A stretch of 64,000 nt of DNA from Hyphomicrobiaceae bacterium (GTDB lineage Bacteria; Pseudomonadota; Alphaproteobacteria; Rhizobiales; Hyphomicrobiaceae), in the NCBI GenBank assembly GCA_024281145.1, contig JAMXLN010000124.1:8692-72691 (forward strand). The letters run 5' to 3'. Position numbers and translations under genes: made by a program. Position 1 is the first letter of the stretch; every line of letters begins with the position of its first letter. Shown here in pieces: positions 8,887-18,458 of this stretch. Below the pieces are notes generated by a model. It ran no database searches. It was not told where the DNA came from and saw nothing but the letters and a program-made list of their open reading frames with translations.

Positions 8887-9459
8887 CTATCTCGATGGGG
8901 TCGTGCCACCGTGTTGCACGATGAATTTGGCGAAAGCTTCGAGCTGCTGCTTCAAGAAGGTGCGCGTCGGCTCATCCTTCAGCTCACCCGTCTTGTCGTC
9001 GAATTTTGTGGCGCAGCCGCCAATAAAGATTTCGGGTTTGTTGAGGGTAAACGCGTCCAGAAATACCATCGTCTTGCGCAAGTCGTACTGAACCCGGCCT
9101 CCACCCAAGGGGCCGGGCGAGGCCGATTGAATGGCCACCGCCTTGCCCGCGAATGGTTGGTTGGGCAGGCGTGAGACCCAGTCGATCGCGTTTTTGAGCC
9201 CACCCGGCAGCGAGAAATTGTATTCGGGGGTGCAGAAGATAACACCGTCGGCCGCCCGGATCGCGTCCGCAAGGACACCCACCGGCGCCGGGAACCCAGT
9301 CGAATTTTGGATATCGGCATTGTAAAGCGGAAATTCAGCGAAGGATGGACCTTCCTTGATATTCATGCCGGCAGGTGCGAGCCCCGGCAGCAGGTTCATG
9401 ACCATGCGATTGTAGGAGCCTTTGCGCAGGCTACCGCAGATGCTGATGACGTTGGACAT
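8887..9459 (-). CDS. NADPH-dependent FMN reductase (ChrR/YieF-like)
   Basis: ICGSLRKGSYN ... FCTPEYNFSLPGGLKNAIDWVSR signature. The start is set at MSNVISI. Confidence 0.8.
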   Translation of the reverse strand: MSNVISICGSLRKGSYNRMVMNLLPGLAPAGMNIKEGPSFAEFPLYNADIQNSTGFPAPVGVLADAIRAADGVIFCTPEYNFSLPGGLKNAIDWVSRLPNQPFAGKAVAIQSASPGPLGGGRVQYDLRKTMVFLDAFTLNKPEIFIGGCATKFDDKTGELKDEPTRTFLKQQLEAFAKFIVQHGGTTPSR

Positions 9460-9610
9460 GCCGTCTTTCTCATGTTGGAAGCGGAGACTCTCATACCGTG
9501 CACCGAGCCCCCGCGCAAGAAACGGACGTGGAGTCACCCGCTGCAGGCTTCGCGGCAGGTGGCTTGCGAGTGAACGAGCTCGAGCAATGGCGTCGACTTT
9601 GCTTCGTCAC

Positions 9611-11416
9611 TCATCTAAATGCGGCGACCCTCGCCGCTTGCTCGAGAATAACGCGCGCATTGTCAAGCTCTGGCGTGCCGGCCGGTTCACCCTGGATCAT
9701 CACTTTGGGGCTTGACCACACCGGCAACCGTGGGCAGCCGCCGCAGCTCTCTTTGTAGCTCATTATGTCGCGCCACTTAGTGCCGTTCACGTAGCCATGA
9801 CCATAAGGAAACGGGGTCATAACCTTGTCTATCGCGAGGTCATGACGGGCACCGATCAAATGCCCGATTTCGTGTGCCACCGTGTAGGTCGTGGCCGCGC
9901 ATTCATGATGCACGACTGCAAAGGCCTCCTCCGCATCGGCATGCACACGCGTTGCCAGGCCGCAGCCTTGCGGATCATCAACGATCAATATCGCTACATC
10001 GCCGTGGTACTTGTTGCGCAAGCCGTGAATCTCATCCATGTAGCCGTCGCCCTTATCCGCGAAGCGCCACACGTGGTCGAAATGCGCGCCTTCCTCCACG
10101 TAGTTGGTGAGATAGGCGTGCACGAGCCGCAGCTTGATGTGGCCGAGACCACTCAGGCGGAAAGATTCGTTGCCCTCCTCGATGGCAAGCTCGACCAGCT
10201 CGCGCTGGACATCCACATAGTGGGCGGCAGCCTTGGGAGTATAGGCGACGATGACATCGATGACGATGTCCCCGGGCTGCACCTGTTTGCTCGAAGCGCT
10301 GGTCTGGCGCGAAGGCGGGGCCCGTGTCCCTGATGGCAGCCCCCTGAGTGCGCTGGCATCGCCCTGCTGAAGTAGGGGGTCATCGCGCAGATTCGGGTCA
10401 TTGGTGCGTAAGCGCAAAGGTGCGGGTGCGTGCTCGCGGGGCATGCGCTGATCGTCCAACTCGATAACAGAGTACACCCCGCCACCCAAGTGGCGGATCG
10501 AGTAGAGCAAGGTTCCGTCCTGTGCGACGCCGGCCATTCCGCCGTCCGGCCACCACATCAATGTCAGCGGTGGACCCGCAGCCTCTACGGGACCGCGAAA
10601 AATGGCCTTGTCCCGCTTGAGTTCAATGCTGGTACGATTGATGGTCCTGTTGCTGCCCCCGCCGAGCGGCATACTGATGTTGACGGGCTCCGTCGGACAT
10701 CTTGCGTCCCCCACAATAGCATTTTCTAGCAGCGCTGGAGGTGGACCGACCACGACCTTGACGTTGCGCGTTGCCGGACCAGCTTTGGCACTCTCGATTT
10801 TCTCCATTTGCTGTGCGCTGAGCTTGGTGTCGTCAGGTGCCACGCGCATGATCTGGTTGGACTCGGGGCTAAGCTCGGTCACGACCAAGCCGCGCGCGGC
10901 GGCTTCCTTCTTCACAACGTCCAAGTTCGTCTTGAGCACCGTCCATTTCTCAGACTGTGTCATCGGCAATGCGATTGAAACCTGTACACGCTGCTTCATC
11001 GCTTGGAAGAAGTCGCGCACACGCGCGGATCCGCGACGTGCGCCCGGCGATATGATGAGGTCCACGGTCTCGGCTTCCGGCGGGACTGGGGCCGATGCCT
11101 GCGTTGGCGCTGGGCAGCATTGTTGGGATGCCGCATTCCATACGTATCCTTTGGCGCACCCCTTAAAACAGCTGAGGGACTTACCGGTCGCAATCTGAAA
11201 TGCCTGACCCGTCTGCTGGCTTGGACAGACTGTGCACGTGCTTCCGTTGCGGACTCCCAGGCACACGACATAGCGTGACACAGTCATGCTCGTGGTCGGG
11301 AGCTGGCATCCTTGGTAGCAGCCGCTCGGCTGTGCCGAGGCGGAGCTGGCCCACAGGAGACCGATTGCAAGCGTTGCAAGCGCGATCAGCGCCAGCGAAT
11401 GCCTGGCGGGCGTCAT
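9611..11416 (-). CDS. secreted multidomain zinc metalloprotease (metzincin/reprolysin-like or M72-like C-terminal domain)
   Basis: Signal peptide MTPARHSLALIALATLAIGLLWASSASA, then 9 Cys in the first ~75 mature residues and a Pro-rich linker. A ~300-aa region of unknown fold follows. The C-terminal domain carries HEIGHLIGARHD plus WRDIMSY (Met-turn-like). Confidence 0.75.
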   Translation of the reverse strand: MTPARHSLALIALATLAIGLLWASSASAQPSGCYQGCQLPTTSMTVSRYVVCLGVRNGSTCTVCPSQQTGQAFQIATGKSLSCFKGCAKGYVWNAASQQCCPAPTQASAPVPPEAETVDLIISPGARRGSARVRDFFQAMKQRVQVSIALPMTQSEKWTVLKTNLDVVKKEAAARGLVVTELSPESNQIMRVAPDDTKLSAQQMEKIESAKAGPATRNVKVVVGPPPALLENAIVGDARCPTEPVNISMPLGGGSNRTINRTSIELKRDKAIFRGPVEAAGPPLTLMWWPDGGMAGVAQDGTLLYSIRHLGGGVYSVIELDDQRMPREHAPAPLRLRTNDPNLRDDPLLQQGDASALRGLPSGTRAPPSRQTSASSKQVQPGDIVIDVIVAYTPKAAAHYVDVQRELVELAIEEGNESFRLSGLGHIKLRLVHAYLTNYVEEGAHFDHVWRFADKGDGYMDEIHGLRNKYHGDVAILIVDDPQGCGLATRVHADAEEAFAVVHHECAATTYTVAHEIGHLIGARHDLAIDKVMTPFPYGHGYVNGTKWRDIMSYKESCGGCPRLPVWSSPKVMIQGEPAGTPELDNARVILEQAARVAAFR

Positions 11417-11472
11417 TGAACGTTCCACGATCCTGTCCCCACCGTACATTGGCTTACCCAGCCGCCAATTGC

Positions 11473-11919
11473 TCACTTGGTCTGATCACCAGCCACCAGC
11501 TTCTGGTCGCCCTCTTGCGGCGGCTCGTGCCTAAAGATGTACCATTCGCCCTTGGGGATCCGGCGTTGGTAAATCTGCCCGTCCTTGATCTTGTGCGCGA
11601 AGCATGTGCGGACAAATCGGCGCCAGGATTTTGCCCTCCAAACCCCGGAAAAGCACAGCCGTCCATCATCCAGGGCCTCCCAATCACCTGCTACGGTGCT
11701 GCGGGCCTTCCCCTCGTCGGAGAAGGCGTTGAACTCGCCTTTGGCGGCAAAGAACGCGATGCCCTTCTCCCAGAACCATGACTTGCCCTCATAGAGTTCA
11801 ACGATCTCTTTCTTGGTGAGACTGCGCTCAGTGGCGGGGGCCCCGACAGCCTGCATCAGACCAAGCGCGCAACCGACTGCAAGCATCGCGACGAAAGCTG
11901 TGCGATTTATCAAGCTCAT
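11473..11919 (-). CDS. small secreted protein of unknown function
   Basis: Signal peptide MSLINRTAFVAMLAVGCALGLMQAVGA. Its ATG overlaps the stop of the upstream gene (ATGA). The fold was not recognised; a possible DUF995-like resemblance is from memory only. Confidence 0.6.
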   Translation of the reverse strand: MSLINRTAFVAMLAVGCALGLMQAVGAPATERSLTKKEIVELYEGKSWFWEKGIAFFAAKGEFNAFSDEGKARSTVAGDWEALDDGRLCFSGVWRAKSWRRFVRTCFAHKIKDGQIYQRRIPKGEWYIFRHEPPQEGDQKLVAGDQTK

Positions 11920-12854
11920 GGCGGCAGCTCCGCAAACAACTTGCTCATGATGCGCCAATCAGGCGAGCCATGAGACCCCGGCCACTTAAATGTCTCCACC
12001 TCGTTGAAATAGATAACTGCACTGATCTTGGGAAACTTCGCAGCGGCGGAGCGTGCCTCGTCCACGCAACGCCTAAGGTAGGCCTGGTCGCCGTGACAGC
12101 CGAATTCGGCGATATAGATTTGCTTGCCGAGATCAGCCACCAACTCGTATGACGGGCCCAAACGCTCCGGCAAAGATAAATCCTTACCGTAAAGATCGAT
12201 CTCGTATTGTTGAAAACCAAAGAGCGTAAGTCCAATGCTGTCGACGTAGTCGCTCCCGGGATAATACTCCCGCATGTTGGGCTCACCGCGAGGCGACCAC
12301 ATGAAATGGATGCCTGTGGCGACGGCACGGCAGGTATCTACGAAGTGACGGTAGGCATTGATATATTCGACCGGCGCCCATTCCGACCAGGGGTAGCGGT
12401 CGTTTCCCAAGTCCATCTCCTGCGCCCAGCGGATTGTGACGTCGCTTGTCAGCGACGCCGCTTTTTGGCAAAGCTCGCGGATAGGCCGATCATAGTTTCC
12501 AGCCATGATACCGGCGTAGAGTTCAGGGGAGGTCTCCGGTTTGCTGTTGCGAGACCAAGTCCAGGGCTCAACGGTGATGAGCAGTGTACGCGCGCGATCG
12601 CGCGCGTACTTGTCCGCAGCGTCGAGCGAGGCCAAATTTACGTCCTGCCACGGAATAAATATGTGCTCGATGCTGATCTTGGCATCGTTGGCGAAGGTGC
12701 CGTAGGGGTCATAAGCGCCCATGCGAATGCCTTCGCTTACGCGACCCTTGGTGAAGGGCGACTCGCTCGAGAGAGGCCCGGCGGATGCGGCAAGGATCAA
12801 GCACAGCAGAGCAAGGCAGCCCACCAGCTGTCGGCGCCCCGCTACAGCCAACAT
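11916..12854 (-). CDS. secreted clan GH-A glycoside hydrolase, GH26-like
   Basis: Signal peptide MLAVAGRRQLVGCLALLCLILAASAG. IRWAQEMD (acid/base Glu context) and IYIAEFGC (nucleophile Glu context) resemble GH26. The start was chosen at the TGATG overlap with the upstream ORF. Confidence 0.65.
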   Translation of the reverse strand: MLAVAGRRQLVGCLALLCLILAASAGPLSSESPFTKGRVSEGIRMGAYDPYGTFANDAKISIEHIFIPWQDVNLASLDAADKYARDRARTLLITVEPWTWSRNSKPETSPELYAGIMAGNYDRPIRELCQKAASLTSDVTIRWAQEMDLGNDRYPWSEWAPVEYINAYRHFVDTCRAVATGIHFMWSPRGEPNMREYYPGSDYVDSIGLTLFGFQQYEIDLYGKDLSLPERLGPSYELVADLGKQIYIAEFGCHGDQAYLRRCVDEARSAAAKFPKISAVIYFNEVETFKWPGSHGSPDWRIMSKLFAELPP

Positions 12855-13381
12855 CACGCGTCTCCTTTGCCGCTCGCGCATGCGCGCTCGAATAGAACGA
12901 AGCGGATAGGCTTGATACGGTCGCCACGTTGTCCAGCACCGGAAGCCGAATTGGTGGTGGAAGTTTTCCGGATCGTGTCAGATCCCCCTGTGATGCCATC
13001 GATGGCTGCCAGGCCGCGCGTGGCCATGTCGACGACTGGAAGCGACAGCGAGCTCGCACATGCTGCATATCTCGCTAGCTCTGGCAGGGTCGGATGCGGC
13101 CACCACGTCAGATCGTTTTCAATGGCATGACGCATGAGCATCACCCCCAACAGCGTGACATAGACCGCACAGTTGAGGATCGCAAAGACGTAGAAGCCAC
13201 TGGCGTTTTGGGCGTCGGAGAAGACGATGGTGGTGAGGCCAGATACGAGCGCAAGTCCGGCGTAGGGACCAATGACGGGAGCCCTGCTCCCCACCCTGCG
13301 AGATGGCGCAGAGGAGTGGTCGCCAGCAGCATGTGCTGGAACCCCAAGCCGAAAGGCAAAGGAGAGGCAACGGGGGCGCAT
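12854..13381 (-). CDS. hypothetical membrane protein (two predicted TM helices)
   Basis: Hydrophobic segments VIGPYAGLALVSGLTTIVF and GFYVFAILNCAVYVTLLGVMLM. The stop overlaps the GH26-like start (TGATG), which suggests coupling. No family was recognised and the start is uncertain. Confidence 0.4.
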   Translation of the reverse strand: MRPRCLSFAFRLGVPAHAAGDHSSAPSRRVGSRAPVIGPYAGLALVSGLTTIVFSDAQNASGFYVFAILNCAVYVTLLGVMLMRHAIENDLTWWPHPTLPELARYAACASSLSLPVVDMATRGLAAIDGITGGSDTIRKTSTTNSASGAGQRGDRIKPIRFVLFERACASGKGDA

Positions 13382-13970
13382 TTGAGAAGCTGACTCGGCT
13401 CAGATGGGCCGGTTCCCCGTGTTAATCGCGATCGCGCCTCCTGGTGCCGAGCGTCGTCGTCCCGGCACGTAATACCGAGGCGGACAGCACCGAGAGAGCC
13501 CTCCAAGCGCCCGTCTTCTCGTGCCCTGTTCTATGAACGGCAGTCCGAACAAGACCGACACTTTCCGCACGCGCGTACGCTCCCACACCATCGCGAAGGC
13601 AGCGGCAGTCCAAAAAATGGCCCATGATCCCCCCGCCCAACGAATTTTCCACAAGCGAACGAGGATGGCAATCGACGCATCCCTTTTTGTTGAAAATTTG
13701 TCACAATCCGCAGGATTCAGCATCCTCCACGCTGCACTCCGGACACAGCGGCCGCTGCAGGCCATCTTGGGCGAACTTGCCTTGGGTGTTGAGCGAATGA
13801 CGGCGGTCAGGGTGCTGCGCCGCGCATAACCGATGGAGGAATTGCCGTTCGTAACCAATGAGCAACGGTCATTGGAGAAACGAGCAACCAGACCTGCATG
13901 GCATTGCACCGTCCACCCGTTCCCGCCACGCTGCCGCACTGGCGTTGTGTGTGGCGATGGTGGGGCTCTC

Positions 13971-14696
13971 ATGTGGCGTGCGATACGCCTCCTGGCGGCG
14001 GGCGTGGTGGTGGGCGTACTTCTTGCCCCGCACCCCGTTGCGGCGCAGGCGACAACGTCGACGGCCGTTTTTGCCGGCGTTGATGGCGGCCCCAACGGCA
14101 ATGCTTTCTATTTTGGTGCCGTCACCGCCTTGAACGGAGATTTTGGGCGCGACGGCGTGCTCCTCAGAGGCCTGGGCGTCTATGGCACGTATGATTATCA
14201 AGCCACCGTCGGCGACGTCCATGGCAGGTACTGGCTCTTCGATGAGATGATCGGATACCAGATCATCCGACCAGGCATTCGCATCGCCGGCTACATTGGC
14301 GCGGAAGAGCAGAGCCACACGCTCTCTCCGTCCGATCCCACCAATCGCGTGGTGGGTACCGAAACCGGTTTCAAGGTCGCTGGCGACCTCACGCTGGGTC
14401 ACAACCAGCCATTGTTCTTGAATTTGTCTGGCAGCTACTCGACAGACTTCGACACCTACTGGTCCCGTCTGCGGATCGGCTACAAGATCGATCGTTTTAC
14501 CTTTGGTCCCGAAGCGCTTCGTACCGGCAACGAGGGCTCCAATGCGTGGCGTGTCGGTGGTTTTGCACAAATGAAGATCGACAAGACGCCGATCGATATC
14601 ACGGTCGCAGCGGGTCAGCATACCAACGACAAGGGCGGGATCTTCGCCAATAAGGACGGAGCCTACGCCTCGCTCAATGTCGGGTTCGCGTACTGA
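13971..14696 (+). CDS. outer-membrane beta-barrel protein, BcsS-like (family assignment is an inference)
   Basis: Signal peptide MWRAIRLLAAGVVVGVLLAPHPVAAQ, alternating amphipathic strands, and a C-terminal ...SLNVGFAY with terminal aromatic residue. Confidence 0.65.
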   Translation: MWRAIRLLAAGVVVGVLLAPHPVAAQATTSTAVFAGVDGGPNGNAFYFGAVTALNGDFGRDGVLLRGLGVYGTYDYQATVGDVHGRYWLFDEMIGYQIIRPGIRIAGYIGAEEQSHTLSPSDPTNRVVGTETGFKVAGDLTLGHNQPLFLNLSGSYSTDFDTYWSRLRIGYKIDRFTFGPEALRTGNEGSNAWRVGGFAQMKIDKTPIDITVAAGQHTNDKGGIFANKDGAYASLNVGFAY

Positions 14697-14751
14697 AGGC
14701 GAGATCCGGACTACGGCGCAGACGGGCGCGGCTGCGGGCGTAACATAGCAG

Positions 14752-15750
14752 CTAACCGCGGGGGGATGAGCCGCGCTGGTGCCAAGCCCAAGCGGAGCGG
14801 ATGATGGTGTCAAGTTCGCTCAAACTCGGCCACCAGCCTAGCTCCTGGTGCGCCCGCGTTGCATCACTCACGAGCACGGCCGGATCACCCGGCCGCCGCG
14901 GGCAAGCAGAGAATGGAATGTCGAGCCCCGTAACACGCGCCGTCGCGTCGATCACCTCGCGCACCGAGTAGCCTTGCCCAGTGCCTAGATTATAGGCGTC
15001 GAGAGCCGTTCCGTGCTCAAGGGCGCGGAGTGCCAGCACATGGGCCGCGGCGAGATCGCTCACATGGATATAGTCGCGTATGCACGTACCGTCGGGAGTA
15101 TCGTAATCGGTTCCGAACACGGCGAGTGGTGGTCGACGTCCGGAGGCTGCGCCGAGCACCAACGGGATCAAGTGTGTCTCTGGATCGTGGTCTTCGCCCA
15201 ATTCACCACCTATGTCAGCGCCCGCGGCGTTGAAGTATCTGAGCGCCGTGGAGCAGATCCCATGGGCCCGCCTGAAATCGGCGAGAATTCGCTCCACCAT
15301 TAGCTTGGATGCGCCGTATGGGTTGATGGGCCTCTGCGGCGTCTCTTCGCCGATGGGCAGCTTTTCTGGCGACCCGTATGTAGCGCATGTGCTCGAAAAG
15401 ACGATCCTCTTGGCTCCATGTTCGCGCATCGCCTGAGCCAGCGCCAGGCTGCCGGCCACGTTGAATTCGTAGTAGCGGCCCGGGTCGAGAACCGACTGGC
15501 CGACATAGGCAAGACCCGCGAAGTGGAGCACCGAAACAGGCTTGTATGTGGTAAAGACTTCCGCAAGTCGCGAGCCATCGCGAATGTCGCCCCTTTCTAG
15601 CGGACCCCACTTCACCGCCCACTCATGGCCGTGAAGCAGATTGTCATAGACGACAGGCAAATACCCGGCGCTTGCGAGTGCCTTGCAAGTGTGCGAGCCG
15701 ATGTAGCCGGCCCCGCCGGTTACGAGTACCGTCCTCTGCGATGTTTCCAC
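14752..15750 (-). CDS. galE: UDP-glucose 4-epimerase
   Basis: VLVTGGAGYIGSH Rossmann motif, a YGASK catalytic motif and full-length similarity to GalE. Confidence 0.9.
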   Translation of the reverse strand: METSQRTVLVTGGAGYIGSHTCKALASAGYLPVVYDNLLHGHEWAVKWGPLERGDIRDGSRLAEVFTTYKPVSVLHFAGLAYVGQSVLDPGRYYEFNVAGSLALAQAMREHGAKRIVFSSTCATYGSPEKLPIGEETPQRPINPYGASKLMVERILADFRRAHGICSTALRYFNAAGADIGGELGEDHDPETHLIPLVLGAASGRRPPLAVFGTDYDTPDGTCIRDYIHVSDLAAAHVLALRALEHGTALDAYNLGTGQGYSVREVIDATARVTGLDIPFSACPRRPGDPAVLVSDATRAHQELGWWPSLSELDTIIRSAWAWHQRGSSPRG

Positions 15751-16177
15751 GTCTCCAAGGAGCTCCCTGATTGCGCCGCTTACGCGAACAACTGCTTGTC
15801 ACCGGCGAACAAATCCACCGAAGTAGCTGGCGTTGGCACGGGGCATGCCCTTCGCACAAAGGTGTCATCCCCGGGCAATCATGCCGCTTTGATGCCAACT
15901 AGATCGGATTGGTGCTGTTTGGGGTCATCCTTCGCAAGCAGGTATTCCAGCGTGGATTTGCCACCGCACCATCTCGATTATCAGTTCAGTCAACTCGCGA
16001 TCGTGACATCCGTGACGTTACCGAGGTTGAGAGAACCCGTAAAGTCTGCCGCACGTTGCATGAGTGTTTCCCGTTCAACGGTCCAAGCTTTCCCGCTCAC
16101 CGCCAACTTGCCGTGTGGTCCCCGCATCGCCCCATGGCTTGGATGATCGGCGCGGCTGGTTAGCCCACCAGACCGAA

Positions 16178-17215
16178 CTATCCTTTCGCCCGCAAGGCGC
16201 GGTCGAGCGCGGCTTTGGTGCTGTCGTCATCAGGCCTGAGCTCAAGTGATTGCCTAAAATCAGAGATTGCCGCCTCGAGGTCGCCCTTCCCCTCATGCGC
16301 CAGACCACGCGCTCTATACGCATAGGCGCGCCAGTTCGCTGGGCTCAACTCAATCGCCTTGCTGTAATCAGATACGGCAAGCTCGTATTGGCGCTGTCCC
16401 ATGTGTCCCCATCCCCGAACGAACGCAGGAACCCAGCTCGCGCCGTTCAAGTCCATGGCATTCTTACAGGCGATAACAGCCTCGCTCCGGAATCGATCGA
16501 TTGGATCCCCCGGCTTCCAGCCTTTTTGAGGTAGTAACCCGTATGACAGATTGATGCTCTGAACACACTCGCCCATTTCTCGATCGGACGCGGCCAATGC
16601 CTCTTGTCCAGGCCCATGCATCAATGCCCGATTCCGGTATAACATCGCTTCCATCGGATTGATCTCGATGGCTTTATTCGCGTCCATAAGAGCTAACTGT
16701 TTCTCTGTGGCCCGCGCATCATCGGTCGAAAATGATGCTTTCATGCTGTGGGAAAAGGCCCTCCACCAGTAGGGCTGCCAATTCTCGATCAAAGTCGAGT
16801 CTATTGCCTTGGTGAAGTCCGCAATTGCGAGCTCGTAGTCGCTCCTTGCCATATAGATTAAGCCACGGGTGAAATAGGCCTCCCATCGCTCTGGCCGAGT
16901 GCCGAAGAGCTCGATGGCTCTGCCACACGCGGTCTCTGCCATACGCGCATACCCCGGCGATGTCGTTGATGCGCTGATCCCGTGCGCATCACTCATCATC
17001 CTGGAGGCGTTCTTACACCACTCCAGCTGCCGCAACGCCTCTGCGTCCTGCGCAATCGCCTCGGCCGATCCGACCAGGAATACGAGGCATGCAGCCGCTC
17101 CGACCTCACGCACCTTCCTTAGCCTGCCACGTCCTTGTCGCGGGGTGTCGCAAACCAGCCCAAACCTCAGTGATTTCTGATCCCTCATCCCGATCTCCCC
17201 CGCAACTCCCTTCAC
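16178..17215 (-). CDS. secreted TPR-repeat protein
   Basis: Repeated A-x-x-D-[FY]-x-K-A-I-E-L/I TPR-like units (e.g. AIADFTKAIDS, AVSDYSKAIELSP, AISDFRQSLELRP) and an N-terminal hydrophobic signal-like segment. Confidence 0.75.
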   Translation of the reverse strand: MKGVAGEIGMRDQKSLRFGLVCDTPRQGRGRLRKVREVGAAACLVFLVGSAEAIAQDAEALRQLEWCKNASRMMSDAHGISASTTSPGYARMAETACGRAIELFGTRPERWEAYFTRGLIYMARSDYELAIADFTKAIDSTLIENWQPYWWRAFSHSMKASFSTDDARATEKQLALMDANKAIEINPMEAMLYRNRALMHGPGQEALAASDREMGECVQSINLSYGLLPQKGWKPGDPIDRFRSEAVIACKNAMDLNGASWVPAFVRGWGHMGQRQYELAVSDYSKAIELSPANWRAYAYRARGLAHEGKGDLEAAISDFRQSLELRPDDDSTKAALDRALRAKG

Positions 17216-17964
17216 ATCATTAGTATAGTCGCGATCTCAGGGCGCGCGACATCCCGTTCTGCGTCTCATGGCTGCGATCAAACACCTACGCCCGATGAAC
17301 ACCAATCGCATCGGCCTCCTTCACTCCGGGCCCGCATCGCACCTGCTCCGCTTGCATTCAGATTGCAGGCCTCGATCTCCTGAACCCAGCCTCTGAGGCC
17401 ACGGCGATCGCTTGGGGTTTGGTGTGCGAGCGCGCGAGCGATTTGCGCAAAAGCCGTGAGCAGGAGTTGGCGCGGCGATCTGATCTCAAGAGTTGCAAAA
17501 TTCCGCTATTTCAGATCGGACTGGCGGGCAATGACGAGGCCCGAATGGCCGGTGGACCCTGTAGGAGAGCGGTCCAGCCAGGCCCCATGCTCTCCTAAAA
17601 GGGATGCGGTCCCGGTCATTTCCTCATGCAGTCCTGAGCTCTGGCCTTGGGATCAGGTGCTGCTCGAACACGCCTAAGGCGCGACGGCAAGCTGGATGAA
17701 GGTATGAACGCGAGGAATTGCGGGTGAGCTGTTGAGGCACCGAGCCACCACGCGCAGTTTGCATTGGAATGAGCGCGGGTTTGGTCGTGCGACAAAACTC
17801 CCCAGACCGTGTGCAGCCCGCATGCTCGCTATCGCCATTGTGCCAATCATGACAGCCGGGTCGCATCCGCCGGCTCCCGCGCGCGGAAATTTGAATCCGC
17901 GCTCCAGCAACTCTGATCTACAATTTTCCCGGATTGATGGCGTAGGCAATCGAGGAAACCGAAA

Positions 17965-18447
17965 GTGGCCAAATTGAACATCAATGGCAAGTCCCTCACC
18001 CTAACGGTCGACGGCGATACGCCTCTGCTTTGGGTGTTGCGGGAGCAAGCTGGGCTCACGGGTACCAAGTACGGCTGCGGTATTGGCCTGTGCGGAGCCT
18101 GCTCGGTTCACATCAATGGAGACGTGCAGCGCTCATGCACCATCTTGGTCAAAGATGTGAAGCCGGCCGACAAAATCGTCACCATTGAAGGTCTATCGCC
18201 GCGTGGCGACCATCCCGTGCAAAAGGCGTGGTTGGCCCTCGACGTACCACAGTGCGGTTACTGCCAGTCGGGGCAGATTATGGCAGCTGCAGCTCTGCTC
18301 AAGCGAAAACCGAAACCGACCGACACCGACATCGACGAAGCCATGACGAACGTGTGCCGTTGCGGCACTTACCAGCGCATTCGCGCGGCAGTGCACCAGG
18401 CCGCTACCAACACGAATGCTGCCATTGGCAACGGCAACAAAGCTTGA
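17965..18447 (+). CDS. (2Fe-2S)-binding small subunit of a molybdo-hydroxylase (IorA / aldehyde oxidoreductase gamma-like)
   Basis: [11 protein letters not shown] and [10 protein letters not shown] cluster motifs. GTG start with an upstream GAGGAA. Confidence 0.9.
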   Translation: MAKLNINGKSLTLTVDGDTPLLWVLREQAGLTGTKYGCGIGLCGACSVHINGDVQRSCTILVKDVKPADKIVTIEGLSPRGDHPVQKAWLALDVPQCGYCQSGQIMAAAALLKRKPKPTDTDIDEAMTNVCRCGTYQRIRAAVHQAATNTNAAIGNGNKA

Positions 18448-18458
18448 GGAGTAGCGCC

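Noticed and set aside
8610-8909. A 99-aa minus-strand ORF between the FMN reductase and VOC genes (hydrophilic, His/Pro/Ser-rich).
   Set aside because: Third-position GC is about two-thirds by my hand count, no higher than the bulk GC-richness as judged by eye and lower than the stretch of rpoB I sampled. Its only start overlaps the reductase 3' end out of frame, and I recognise no motif. It may be real, but I cannot support it.
13869-14813. A 314-aa minus-strand ORF covering the barrel-protein gene and running into the galE 3' end.
   Set aside because: The plus-strand product has a signal peptide, beta-strand periodicity and a C-terminal aromatic residue. The minus-strand product has none of these and overlaps galE out of frame.
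15900-16110. Possible pseudogene fragments on the minus strand between galE and the TPR gene (readings such as ...RELTELIIEMVRWQIHAGIPACEG).
   Set aside because: These are only short broken frames and I could not match them to a family. They cannot be distinguished from chance in GC-rich DNA without a database search.
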